From IMG/VR virus record IMGVR_UViG_3300035660_000549: DNA of 64,000 bases; one strand, given 5' to 3'. The translations under genes were made by a program, and so were the position numbers. This document shows, one piece after another, positions 1 through 9,335 of this stretch. A model generated the notes under the pieces. The model was not told the origin of the DNA. It ran no database searches and saw nothing but the letters and a program-made list of their open reading frames with translations. Positions within the stretch are counted from its first letter, which is position 1. Each line of letters opens with the position of its first letter. Source of the DNA: an uncultured virus (IMG/VR IMGVR_UViG_3300035660_000549) (taxonomy: Duplodnaviria > Heunggongvirae > Uroviricota > Caudoviricetes).

Positions 1-206
1 TCTCCCTTGAACGCTTCTAGAGAATCAGCTCCTCTCAAGAATGATATAGTGACATAAGAAGCTAGTGGAAGGGAAGTATCAACCCCCTGGAACTGGAACT
101 TAGCATTATCCCAGCCATCGAGTACTCTGTCAGTATTACAGTTGTAAGGTGGATATGTACTTCCTCCAGACACTATCTTTACTGTACCCTTACTAAGCTC
201 AGGCAT
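1..206 (-). CDS. Tail protein downstream of tape measure (partial, runs off the window)
   Basis: Not in the ORF track. ATG at 206 overlaps the tape-measure end; open frame MPELSKGTVKIVSGGSTYPPYNCNTDRVLDGWDNAKF... to base 1. Call is from position only. Confidence 0.55.
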   Translation of the reverse strand, partial: MPELSKGTVKIVSGGSTYPPYNCNTDRVLDGWDNAKFQFQGVDTSLPLASYVTISFLRGADSLEAFKG

Positions 207-2751
207 ATACTCTTCCTCCCTGGGAATAATAGTTTCTCTGGAATATATTATCTATCTCCGTAGCTATCTTAGGAATATCTGCTTCTTCCCTAATAGTTAA
301 GTTTGGAAAAGAGACATTGATCATCATCCCCTGTCTCCCTCCTGTAATATAGACAGGAGAAGGGGTTCCTCCCTGTGCTGTTCTAATTCCAACTGTTGTT
401 TCCTGTACTCTTCTCTGTATTGCTTCTTGCTTCCTAACTGTCACATTTTGTACACTAGGTTCTAGTCTAGGAATATCTATTCCAATGAGCTTCTGGATAA
501 TTTCTTGTTCCATAGGAGCTAGTGGCTCTATCTGTACTGGATTCAATACTTGTTTAATATTTTGATTTGTATCCATGACTCTGGGAATATTAGCTTCTAT
601 TAATTTCTGAAGAATATTCTGGTGAGTATTTTCTACTCCAGGAACTCTGGTTCCTAATAATCTCTGAAGGATGTTTTGTCTTTGATCTCTAATAATTGGA
701 ACATTAACACTAGAAAGAGACTGTGTAATTCTCTGTCTCTGATCATGGATTACAGGAATATCTACTTCTCTAAGATTCTGGTCTATATTCTGTACTTGAC
801 TACCCACTTCTAGTATTTCCAGGCCATTTAAAACCTGGTTCACTATCTGGGTCTGATCTCTAGTTTCTGGTATTTTTGTTTCTAAAAATCTCTGGTTAAT
901 ATTCTGTATCATGCTAGGAGTTGCAGGAATATTTGCTCTTAACAGACTTTGGAATATATTCTGTTTCTGGTCATCAACCAAAGGGATGTTTGCTTCTTTT
1001 AGAGACTGTAAAATACTCTGGTTGATATTCTCTGGAGTCTTGATAGGTACTTCGTACAGTCTCTGTGAGATAGACTGGACTAGATCTGGAGGAACTTCAA
1101 CATTTGCTTTCTCTAATAGTTCTCTAATTTGTACTTCCTGGTCTTCATGAGGAGGAATCTTAGCTGGATAATACTCTTCTGCTATGTTTCTCTTCTCAGT
1201 GACTTCTAGTCTAGGAGTAAGAGAGACCTTGGATGATTTGATCAACTCTGCATTGGTATTACGCAAAGTTTCTAGAAGAAGGAGATAGCTCCCTCTAAGA
1301 GAATGTGGCCCTAGATTCTTTTCTAGGTCCTGTGATGCCCCTGTAGTTTCATCTATTATCTTCCCAGACTCACCCAGATCCTCATTGGCCCTTCTAATAG
1401 TTATAATATAGTGAGACATAATATTGTCTAAGTTTCCAATCTCTCCAGCTAGTTTATCAGCACTACTATAGAAGCTATCAGCCTTCTCAGTTGCCTGGGC
1501 CATCTGGTCATTTACCTGAGCAGTAATTACTGCCTGGACTATCATAGCTGATCCTACTGCTAGTAGAGCTCCTATACCAAAAGTTAGAACTCCAACTAGG
1601 ATAGTGTGTGCTAGAGCATAACTTGTAGTAGCTTCTGTTGCTGCTTTAGTTATTGTGATATTCAAGATCTTTGCTCCTGTCTCCTCTCCTTCAATATTTG
1701 TAAGACTAGCGACAGCAGTTCCAAGTATACCAGTAGTTACAGCACCCTCAACTTTAGCTCCTGTACTAATTCCTTCAGAAAGAGCTAGTTTGTAGTTTTG
1801 TATTTCTCCTGCTTCTTGGAACCCATGATACATAGACATAAGAGTTAGAGCTAGTCTAAGAACATTCATCCCTATTGGAACTGCTCCTAGATAGAATGAT
1901 GCCCAGGCCATCTTTTCCTGGATAAGCATGTCTCTTACAGACTCAGTTGATCTTCTCTGGGCTTCCTGGGCATCTATCAGATCCATAGCTGAGTTCTTTG
2001 CCTCTTCGGATCCAGCACCATATTCTACAATTGACTGATGTAGATTCTCTTGTGCATCTCTCAGGGACCTCATCGATCTTGCTAGTGATCCAATCCCAGC
2101 ATCTACTCTATCCTGTACAGTAGATAGTCTATAATAGGACATAGCTACAAACATAATACCAATACCCAACCAGTACGCCTGCATAGACAGTTGTTGCATA
2201 AAGTAACCAGTAGGTCCCAGGGCCATTTGGTATTCTCTTATAACTGCTCTTAGCTCTCTCCATCTCCCTGTATTCTGGAATATTGGATCCTGTGATCTTG
2301 CTATTTGAGCTGCTGCTCTTTCTGATTCATTAGCAGCCTGGGTGGTCCCTCTAGCCATATCAGCCATAGATTTGATATATTCACTTCTTAGAGAAGATAT
2401 TTCTGCTTTAGACATGCCAAAAGATTCTAGAACAGCACTCATGTCATAATACTTAGGAGAGAACTTAGGAACCTGGGCCAGTTTCTGTAAAGCTTCATTA
2501 AAATATGCTACTCCTGACTCTGTGAGACCTAGATGCTCTTGAAGGGCAGTAAGATTCTCCTGGAAAGATTTAAACCCTGAAGAAGCAGCCTGGAGACCTG
2601 TTGTATCTGTTTCTATTTTTATCTGTGCTGGAGGAGGGATTGTTCTTAGCTGGGACACTTTCTGGATCATGGCATCTAGCATATCATTAGCTTTCTGTAG
2701 TTGATCAGTAACTACCTGGAATCCAATAGTTAGAGTTACAGCTTCAGACAT
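199..2751 (-). CDS. Tail tape measure protein
   Basis: 850 aa, Ala/Gln-rich helical protein with hydrophobic segments; directly follows tail tube and frameshifted chaperones; C-terminal 'INVSFPNLTIREEADI' resembles typical TMP ends. Confidence 0.85.
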   Translation of the reverse strand: MSEAVTLTIGFQVVTDQLQKANDMLDAMIQKVSQLRTIPPPAQIKIETDTTGLQAASSGFKSFQENLTALQEHLGLTESGVAYFNEALQKLAQVPKFSPKYYDMSAVLESFGMSKAEISSLRSEYIKSMADMARGTTQAANESERAAAQIARSQDPIFQNTGRWRELRAVIREYQMALGPTGYFMQQLSMQAYWLGIGIMFVAMSYYRLSTVQDRVDAGIGSLARSMRSLRDAQENLHQSIVEYGAGSEEAKNSAMDLIDAQEAQRRSTESVRDMLIQEKMAWASFYLGAVPIGMNVLRLALTLMSMYHGFQEAGEIQNYKLALSEGISTGAKVEGAVTTGILGTAVASLTNIEGEETGAKILNITITKAATEATTSYALAHTILVGVLTFGIGALLAVGSAMIVQAVITAQVNDQMAQATEKADSFYSSADKLAGEIGNLDNIMSHYIITIRRANEDLGESGKIIDETTGASQDLEKNLGPHSLRGSYLLLLETLRNTNAELIKSSKVSLTPRLEVTEKRNIAEEYYPAKIPPHEDQEVQIRELLEKANVEVPPDLVQSISQRLYEVPIKTPENINQSILQSLKEANIPLVDDQKQNIFQSLLRANIPATPSMIQNINQRFLETKIPETRDQTQIVNQVLNGLEILEVGSQVQNIDQNLREVDIPVIHDQRQRITQSLSSVNVPIIRDQRQNILQRLLGTRVPGVENTHQNILQKLIEANIPRVMDTNQNIKQVLNPVQIEPLAPMEQEIIQKLIGIDIPRLEPSVQNVTVRKQEAIQRRVQETTVGIRTAQGGTPSPVYITGGRQGMMINVSFPNLTIREEADIPKIATEIDNIFQRNYYSQGGRVYA
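442..1161 (-). repeat. About 12-13 degenerate 19-aa repeats in the tape measure C-terminal region
   Basis: Consecutive units NIPLVDDQKQNIFQSLLRA / NIPATPSMIQNINQRFLET / KIPETRDQTQIVNQVLNGL / DIPVIHDQRQRITQSLSSV. Confidence 0.85.
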
Positions 2752-2755
2752 TGGT

Positions 2756-2998
2756 TCACCCCTGGTTTAGGTTAAAAGATTTGATTGTCTGGAACCCTGG
2801 AGACTGAAGATTAGAAGAAGGAGGAGACTCATTCTCAGCCATATAGTTGATCCATCCTACCTGTAGATCAGTTAGACTATAGAAGACATTCATAGCTTCC
2901 TCCCAGTTGTAGTTATTCTCTTTAAGGAGGAAGTAGAATGTCTTCATCATAGCTATTTCTTCTTTCCTTCTTTCTGTGGATTCATTACTTCTAAAAAA
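2756..2998 (-). CDS. Tail assembly chaperone, C-terminal (gpT-like) frame reached by -1 frameshift
   Basis: The -1 frame is open from the slippery site (2998) into track ORF 2756..2950; lies between chaperone G and TMP. Confidence 0.8.
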   Translation of the reverse strand, partial: FFRSNESTERRKEEIAMMKTFYFLLKENNYNWEEAMNVFYSLTDLQVGWINYMAENESPPSSNLQSPGFQTIKSFNLNQG

Positions 2999-3363
2999 TA
3001 ATCTATTAGGTCTTTTCTTTTATCATTTAGTATCTTCAGCTTAGTAGCATACCATAGTGATACTGTGTCTAGTATTATATTGATCTTCCCATCTGGACAT
3101 TCTAGATAATCGTTTAAGGTCATATGAGGTTCTACTATCATCTTCATAGCCAGAAGTTTAGACTCTTCTAGTTTCTTATCATCATCTGTTAGAGTATCAA
3201 AAAAGGGAAGCTTCTTTACTTCTTCCCTAACACTAAGCTTCTCTTTGATAGTTGGAAGTCTAACCTTCCCTTCCCATAGTCCTGGAATCTTAAGATCCTC
3301 TGGAGTATTTTCTGTTACCTGTTCTAGACTAAAGATCTTGTCTTTCTCCACCAATGTCACCAT
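2953..3363 (-). CDS. Tail assembly chaperone (gpG-like)
   Basis: 136 aa between tail tube and TMP, with a slippery heptamer near its 3' end. Confidence 0.8.
   Translation of the reverse strand: MVTLVEKDKIFSLEQVTENTPEDLKIPGLWEGKVRLPTIKEKLSVREEVKKLPFFDTLTDDDKKLEESKLLAMKMIVEPHMTLNDYLECPDGKINIILDTVSLWYATKLKILNDKRKDLIDYFLEVMNPQKEGKKK
2992..2998 (-). other. -1 programmed ribosomal frameshift heptamer U-UUU-UUA
   Basis: Minus strand TAT TTT TTA GAA in the gpG frame; X-XXY-YYZ pattern; -1 frame reads FRSNESTERRKEEIAMMKTF. Confidence 0.85.
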
Positions 3364-4181
3364 TCAGTAGTATTACCTATAACTGCTTTAACAGCATCTG
3401 ATGTTACTCCTGGATATCCTTTGAATGATATTTCTGTCTCTGGAAGATCGAAACCAGTTACTCTTGGAGGCATCTCTGTAAACTTACAATTTCCTATTGT
3501 TAGAGTACCAATTGTACCCATAACTATATCCATAGACCCTTCAGTAGCCCATTGGTAATACTTAGGAGCTCTTATTCTTCCTGTTACTGATAGACCTGAT
3601 TCTCTAAGTTGTGTTGGAATAGAAGAAGTACCAAATACTGTAGCAATAGCATTAGATATCTGTACATTTAACCTAGTCCACAATGTGTTAGGAGTTCCAC
3701 CAATGTTCAAGGTTACTTTATCTGGAGTTTGTGGCATATTGTTAAAGTCTGGAGAGAAAGAAGCTCCTGCTTCTGCTCCTATAGTCTTTCCTATAACAGT
3801 AAATTCTGCTCTAACTGGATTTCCTTCTTCTACAGTAATCTGCCATGAATCAACTTTAGCATCATGTATACTCATAGTACCATCATCTGTAAGGACCCTA
3901 AAAGTTATAGTTGGAACAGTAGAAGCTACAGAAATAGTAAAAGGAGCAACAGTACCAGCAAGAGATCCCATAGCATATTGAAGGAATCTAAGACCATTTA
4001 AATCATAAGTAACTGTAAGTTGAGGAGTAATCCTAGTTAGACCATAAGCTAACTTGTCTCTTCCTCCACCTAGAATGAAGTCTTCAAAGTATTCTATTCT
4101 CTTACTAAAGTCAGCCCTAGTAGGGAAGTCAAAGTAAATAGTACTTGGGACTGTACCATCTAAATATCTTGGCATTATCAA
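3357..4181 (-). CDS. Major tail tube protein
   Basis: 274 aa, beta-rich and T/G-rich; canonical position upstream of the chaperones. Confidence 0.75.
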   Translation of the reverse strand: MIMPRYLDGTVPSTIYFDFPTRADFSKRIEYFEDFILGGGRDKLAYGLTRITPQLTVTYDLNGLRFLQYAMGSLAGTVAPFTISVASTVPTITFRVLTDDGTMSIHDAKVDSWQITVEEGNPVRAEFTVIGKTIGAEAGASFSPDFNNMPQTPDKVTLNIGGTPNTLWTRLNVQISNAIATVFGTSSIPTQLRESGLSVTGRIRAPKYYQWATEGSMDIVMGTIGTLTIGNCKFTEMPPRVTGFDLPETEISFKGYPGVTSDAVKAVIGNTTEW

Positions 4182-4210
4182 TCACCTATTTACAGTTTAT
4201 ATTCTACGTG

Positions 4211-4218
4211 TATTTAAA
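4211..4218 (-). promoter_or_regulatory. Archaeal TATA box upstream of the tail tube gene
   Basis: TTTAAATA on the minus strand ~35 nt before the start, followed by a GGTGA SD. Confidence 0.5.
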
Positions 4219-4224
4219 TCTTTA

Positions 4225-5013
4225 CTACTCCCTTGATATAAATATTCTATAGTAAAAAGATACTTCTCTAAAGAATATCTCTGGAGATATAAAAGATAAG
4301 GGTCTAAGTATTACTGGAGAAACTTTGAAGATATCTGTACCGAAGTTCTTTCTATTTAGAACTAGACCTCTTTCTATTCCATAACATAATCTATCTACTT
4401 CATCTGTATATCTACTATAGACCTCCATATTGACTTCTATATCTTCTATCATCATATCTCCAGAAATATATTTGTCTCTAACTGAAGGTCTACTAGTAAT
4501 ATCTATAGCTATTAGAGGAAGAGAATTCATCTTCATAGTAGAAGACATTGGATATTCTTTGAATACAAAATCATTTACTCCTATAGAAAATGCTAAGATT
4601 CCACCAGTAGATAGAGTACCATAGAAATAGGAGATAGAAGAGCCAGTACCTAGTTTGTAGTCATTAGAAGCATCTACTCCTCCATGAACACTTAGAGTAT
4701 GGATATTTCTAGAAACTATATCACCCTGGTTAAGAGAGAGAGTATTCCATCCAGTTGATAGAGACACTGTAGAAGAAGTAATGGTGTTGCTCTTGGATAG
4801 AATGTCTATAGTTACAGGACCAGGAGTTCCTACTTTAGAAGATAGGTAAACTAGTCCAGTAGAGAATGAGGTACTGAAAGGATAGAAGGCCTGGTTTATA
4901 GTTCCCTCTGTATATAGAGAAATAGAAGAGGACACAGAGGTCTGCCTAGGATATAGATATGTACGAAGTGAATTCATTGTATTTGTTTTAAGCTGGTTTA
5001 GATCTAATATCAT
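4225..5013 (-). CDS. Putative tail terminator/completion protein with an extra beta domain
   Basis: Synteny; C-terminal 'LPLIAIDI...VNMEVYSR...EVDRL' resembles tail terminators. Confidence 0.5.
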   Translation of the reverse strand: MILDLNQLKTNTMNSLRTYLYPRQTSVSSSISLYTEGTINQAFYPFSTSFSTGLVYLSSKVGTPGPVTIDILSKSNTITSSTVSLSTGWNTLSLNQGDIVSRNIHTLSVHGGVDASNDYKLGTGSSISYFYGTLSTGGILAFSIGVNDFVFKEYPMSSTMKMNSLPLIAIDITSRPSVRDKYISGDMMIEDIEVNMEVYSRYTDEVDRLCYGIERGLVLNRKNFGTDIFKVSPVILRPLSFISPEIFFREVSFYYRIFISRE

Positions 5014-5021
5014 GTTACTTC

Positions 5022-5447
5022 CTACCTGGTACTATTTCTAATATATTCAGCTACTCTGTCCTTAATATTCTTTAGGATATTAGCCTTCTCTTCTTCCCAG
5101 TACTTTTTAATATAGTCTAGACCTTCATATTCTGGAGATATTTCTCCTCCATAGTATTTCCTAATAGGGCAAGTATATTCTTTATACTTAAGAAGACCAA
5201 ACCTCAACCACTTCATCTTAGATGGAAGAAACACTCCAAAGAATACATATCCAGTACCTGGAGACACAGAAAGGAAGAGAGCATCCTTATAATCCTGGGG
5301 AATCTTTGGATCTTGTCGTATCCTTTTAATTAGTATATCTAACTCTTCTGCTATTATTTCACTTACTTCACTCCTTAAAACATCTTTATCAATCCTAACT
5401 GACAGGAAGGCTAGATCCACTAGTCCTGATACAGTTATAATCAACAT
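5022..5447 (-). CDS. Putative neck/tail-completion protein (HK97 gp10-like position)
   Basis: Synteny and size (141 aa). Confidence 0.45.
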   Translation of the reverse strand: MLIITVSGLVDLAFLSVRIDKDVLRSEVSEIIAEELDILIKRIRQDPKIPQDYKDALFLSVSPGTGYVFFGVFLPSKMKWLRFGLLKYKEYTCPIRKYYGGEISPEYEGLDYIKKYWEEEKANILKNIKDRVAEYIRNSTR

Positions 5448-5453
5448 ATTAAA

Positions 5454-5807
5454 TTACTCTTTAAGACGTAATAGGACTTCAATATAATCATCCTTCTCTC
5501 CAGTCCTTCTAGTAATCTTGGTCTGTACCTCATACCATCCATCTGTTATATACAATAGATCTCCTTCTTCTACTAAAGTTCCTGGTAAGAAGGTACCTAT
5601 ATAATCAGCATTCAGAGACAGACCCCATCCAGACATTGCTTCGTCAGTAGGAGTAATCTGGGAGAAGTGACCTCTAATAGGTTCTTCTACACTATAAGTA
5701 TAGTATACTTCTTCTCCATCTACATTCCTGGTCCTCTTCTTCCTCTGTACAGTCTGGCCATAGTATCTAATCATCTTCTTCAGAATTATCTTCTGGACAC
5801 TAGACAT
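5454..5807 (-). CDS. Head closure (stopper) protein
   Basis: 117 aa, 'VEEGDLL...WYEV' beta pattern typical of SPP1 gp16-like proteins; synteny. Confidence 0.6.
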   Translation of the reverse strand: MSSVQKIILKKMIRYYGQTVQRKKRTRNVDGEEVYYTYSVEEPIRGHFSQITPTDEAMSGWGLSLNADYIGTFLPGTLVEEGDLLYITDGWYEVQTKITRRTGEKDDYIEVLLRLKE

Positions 5808-6441
5808 CTTGATCCCTCAGGAATGTTACATTATCTGGAGTTACCTTCCTATGTTCTCTACCTAGTAAAATATCTAAGTTTCTATAATACTCAATTAGTA
5901 TATCCTCTGCTGGAGTACCTTTGATAAACCTATATGACCCATGCATCCACTGTCTAGGAAGGAGTAACACTTCACTTCTAATGTAATGATATCCAGCTAG
6001 AAGAGATGTTACCATAGGAAGTCTATCTAGGATTAGTTGCCTAGGGAAGGAGTAGTATGTAGCTGTTACTACATCTATAGTAGACTCTGGAGCAGATTGC
6101 AATATAATAATTCCTTTGTCTGGATATATAGTAGAGACTGATACAGTTTCCTTAGTATCCATTGATCCGTAGTGACCCCACTTGTATACTTCAACATCTA
6201 GAGTATCTACAACTAGATCAAAGTTTCTATCAGCTATAGGAACATAAGAAGTATTAAAGGTAGTATTAATTCCATCTAAGTTTCCTACTAGCTTGTCTTC
6301 ATATTCATATATACAAAGCTGGTCTAATAGTTCCTTCTGTGCTTTTCCTATATAGTAACTTAGGTCCTCATCAGTTACATCATCTACTGATAGACCTATT
6401 GCTTTTCTAACCTCATTAGGACTAGTCCACATAGTATTCAC
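5800..6441 (-). CDS. Head-tail adaptor protein
   Basis: 'WTSPNEVRKAIG...DEDLSYYIGKA' adaptor-like N-terminus immediately after MCP; true start probably ATG at 6432 after a GGTGA SD. Confidence 0.65.
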   Translation of the reverse strand: MNTMWTSPNEVRKAIGLSVDDVTDEDLSYYIGKAQKELLDQLCIYEYEDKLVGNLDGINTTFNTSYVPIADRNFDLVVDTLDVEVYKWGHYGSMDTKETVSVSTIYPDKGIIILQSAPESTIDVVTATYYSFPRQLILDRLPMVTSLLAGYHYIRSEVLLLPRQWMHGSYRFIKGTPAEDILIEYYRNLDILLGREHRKVTPDNVTFLRDQDV

Positions 6442-6459
6442 CTATACAGAAATAGATAG

Positions 6460-6473
6460 AAGAGATATATAAA
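6460..6473 (-). promoter_or_regulatory. Conserved viral promoter motif TTTAWATATCTCTT
   Basis: TTTATATATCTCTT, one mismatch to the identical copies at 21207-21220 and 50229-50242. Confidence 0.6.
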
Positions 6474-6550
6474 TAAATGCTTTATAAAAAAGATATATAG
6501 AGACATACAAGATGTCTCTAAATTCTATATTATAGATTCTAGGTTCTAGT

Positions 6551-7642
6551 TTAGTTTACTGTTAGAGTTGCTAGAGAGTAAGTAGCAGGACCCATTGCTA
6601 TAGCTCCATATGCCTGGGCATTGACCACACCATAGTTAAGTTCTGCAAAGCCCCAGAAGTATAGTTCATCCTTGTTGAGACCAGTATAATCATCTCTAAC
6701 CATATTCAAAGGCTTCCTCCAGACTTCATATCCTAGATGTCCACTATCAATAGCTATGATACCATACTTTGGTACTTTGTTAGAAACAATGACCTTCATG
6801 CCCCATATCTGTCCTAGTTCACCAGTGTAGACTGGTCCTTGCCCTTCATAAGCAGACTTCTCTAGGAACTTTACTGTAGTGTCATATAGGATCTCTGTTA
6901 AGCGATCTGGATGCATAAGTAGAATATCTGGAGCCATTGTTGCTCCTATGATCTTAGATCTCAGTGTTAGAATATCTTTAGCTGTAAAAGAGTTAGCCTG
7001 AGCAGCTAGAGTCTGGCATCCAATAGTATCTCCTTCAGCAGCAGTAGCTGGGATATACCAGTATGTTAGGGTACATGCACCAGTTGTGATTATAGAGTTT
7101 CCAGTTGTTCCAGCCAATATAATAGAACCAGAAGTACTTGAAAGTGCTTTAAGACCTATGAACAATGAAGCTGCTACAGTAGCCCCACCAGAGTTGCTAG
7201 AAGTAACTGTTGGGAACATCTTCTCCAGAGCCAATACATCTAGAGTATCAGCCCACACTTCTCCTGCTTCAGCTATACCATCTGCAATGACATCTCTGTT
7301 AGCCTGTCTAATAGCTTCACCGTTGAAGGCTAGACCAAGTCCACCCTTCCCAACTGTAATAGTAACAGCAGCATAACTCATACTTGAGGAAGATAGAGTT
7401 ACACCAGAAGTAGATGTAGAGAATGTAGCTGTAATACCAGATCCTTTCTTAGGAAACTCTACTGCTTTTCCACCAGAGTTCTGTAGGTCTTTGTTCGTCT
7501 TATAGAACTGACCAAATATTCTTCTATACCTGGCTATTTCTTCAATAGTATCTGCAATCACTTGTGGAGTAATAACAGTGACATCTGCTGTACCTAAACC
7601 TAGTTCTTGTATATATTCTTTCATTATTGACCACCTTAACAT
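6551..7642 (-). CDS. Major capsid protein (HK97 fold)
   Basis: 'ITPQVIADTIEE', 'AVEFPK', 'LLMHPD', 'GELGQIWGMKVIVSNKVP' are HK97-MCP-like motifs; follows protease/scaffold. Probable start ATG at 7624. Confidence 0.85.
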   Translation of the reverse strand: MLRWSIMKEYIQELGLGTADVTVITPQVIADTIEEIARYRRIFGQFYKTNKDLQNSGGKAVEFPKKGSGITATFSTSTSGVTLSSSSMSYAAVTITVGKGGLGLAFNGEAIRQANRDVIADGIAEAGEVWADTLDVLALEKMFPTVTSSNSGGATVAASLFIGLKALSSTSGSIILAGTTGNSIITTGACTLTYWYIPATAAEGDTIGCQTLAAQANSFTAKDILTLRSKIIGATMAPDILLMHPDRLTEILYDTTVKFLEKSAYEGQGPVYTGELGQIWGMKVIVSNKVPKYGIIAIDSGHLGYEVWRKPLNMVRDDYTGLNKDELYFWGFAELNYGVVNAQAYGAIAMGPATYSLATLTVN

Positions 7643-7671
7643 AGAATAGAAAAAGGAGTATATAAATATAT

Positions 7672-7938
7672 TTATTTCATAAGATAGGGAACATGTTCAG
7701 AATATCTTAGAATGAGTTCTACTGCTTTCTTGATCTTGTCTTTGGTATCTTCAGATAGTTCCTGTTCTCTAGGGACTATTCCTATATCAGACAAAGAAGG
7801 AGAACGAGAAGATGTAGAAGAACTAGACTTCCTTTCTAGGTCTTCTATTTTAGTATTCTGGTCCTTTACTGTCTGTTTGACTTCTTCCAGTTCAGTAAGT
7901 ATCTTCTTAAGAATATCTTCTAAGTTTCCTGTACTCAT
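7672..7938 (-). CDS. Small coiled-coil protein, possible scaffold
   Basis: 88 aa with heptad pattern, between protease and MCP. Confidence 0.45.
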   Translation of the reverse strand: MSTGNLEDILKKILTELEEVKQTVKDQNTKIEDLERKSSSSTSSRSPSLSDIGIVPREQELSEDTKDKIKKAVELILRYSEHVPYLMK

Positions 7939-9290
7939 TCTTTCTTCTCTTCTTTACAGGACTCTAGAAGGAGTTCAGCAGCGACCTTTGGTTCTCTCTT
8001 GACCTTGGCTAACTTCTCTTTGAGGGTAGGTTCTTTAGCTGGAATAGCTGGAGTAATAGGAGCTGGAGGAACTTCTTCACTTAGGGCTAGGACCTTCTTG
8101 AAGGAGTCTTTTAGTTCTTTCTTAGTTATAAGATCTCTAGCTAGCTTCTTAGCATGTTTATACTTTCCATATTTATCTTTGTGCTCCTTAGTCCAGTGTG
8201 CTTTAAACTCTTCTAGGTTCTTACCCTTCCAATCACATGCTGGACATTTAATCTCAGCTAGTTCTATAGGTTCTTCATATTCATCTTCTACTGATAGAGA
8301 CTGTTGAGACTTATACTCTTTAGCACATGCCTTCATATCTTTACCTTCCTTCATGCACTTCTTCATAAAGTCTCTATAGCTTCCTTCCAGGAGAATATCA
8401 ACTGCTTCATCTTCTTCTAGACCCTTCTTTACCTTTCCATACTTAGCTGGATAATAACCATAAGCAGGATACTTAGGATATCCTTTTCCCTGTACCTTCC
8501 TTCCTTTCAGTACCTTCTTACTTCTCTTGCCAGTAGGAGGATAATAACCATAGTAATCTGCTTTCTGTTTAGCTAGTTCTATAAACTCAGACTCTGGAAC
8601 TATCTTGAACTCAAACTCTGAGTAGTCTTCTAGACCTTCAAAGTTGTCTGGTAGTACTAGGACCATGTCTTCTGTGAACTCTATTTCTTCTAAATTAGGA
8701 CTTGACATATTTAATTCACCTAATGAAAGATTACCTTCTTTCTCCTTTATAATCTTTGTGTTTAGGTTAATGTTCTTAGAAAGCTCTTCCACATTAAAGA
8801 TTATGCAGTTGTCACATGCTGGAGAACCAGTTAGACTCCACTCTATAGGAGAATAGTCTATTCCCTTTGGAGGAGTAATAGAAGTGTCTAGTTGCTTGAA
8901 TCCTCCCTTAATAGAAACAGCATCGAAGACCTTGTCCTTTATCTTACTTATAGCATCTGGATCTGTTACTTCTGCTTCGAAGGTAATAGCTTTCAATATA
9001 TCATCTTTTCCTAGTTTGGTCAAATGACCTATTACTTTGTCTTTAAACTCATCTGTCTTACCATGCATTACTAGACCTTGGAGATGTTCGAACTTAGGTA
9101 ATGCTGGTATGAGTTGATCTTTGTATGAATATAGAACTCCCTTCCAGACTCCTTCAGATATTAGAACACCAGAGATCTTTAGAGGAGATACTGATAGGAG
9201 ATAGAACTTATATGAAGTGGATTCTTCACTAAGTTTCTGTCTAAGTTTTATATTCTCATTAAGAAGTTCTTCCATAATAGATTCAGACAT
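7935..9290 (-). CDS. Prohead maturation protease fused to a scaffold-like region with a C2H2 zinc finger
   Basis: N-terminal 'ISGVLISEG', 'MHG', 'IGH', 'DAVSI', 'EWSLTGSPAC' fit a caudoviral serine protease; C-terminal CPAC...HWTKEH. Confidence 0.75.
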   Translation of the reverse strand: MSESIMEELLNENIKLRQKLSEESTSYKFYLLSVSPLKISGVLISEGVWKGVLYSYKDQLIPALPKFEHLQGLVMHGKTDEFKDKVIGHLTKLGKDDILKAITFEAEVTDPDAISKIKDKVFDAVSIKGGFKQLDTSITPPKGIDYSPIEWSLTGSPACDNCIIFNVEELSKNINLNTKIIKEKEGNLSLGELNMSSPNLEEIEFTEDMVLVLPDNFEGLEDYSEFEFKIVPESEFIELAKQKADYYGYYPPTGKRSKKVLKGRKVQGKGYPKYPAYGYYPAKYGKVKKGLEEDEAVDILLEGSYRDFMKKCMKEGKDMKACAKEYKSQQSLSVEDEYEEPIELAEIKCPACDWKGKNLEEFKAHWTKEHKDKYGKYKHAKKLARDLITKKELKDSFKKVLALSEEVPPAPITPAIPAKEPTLKEKLAKVKREPKVAAELLLESCKEEKKE

Positions 9291-9335
9291 ATTTCTCCAA
9301 CTCCATATTTCCTAAATGTTTAGGCATTTATAAAT

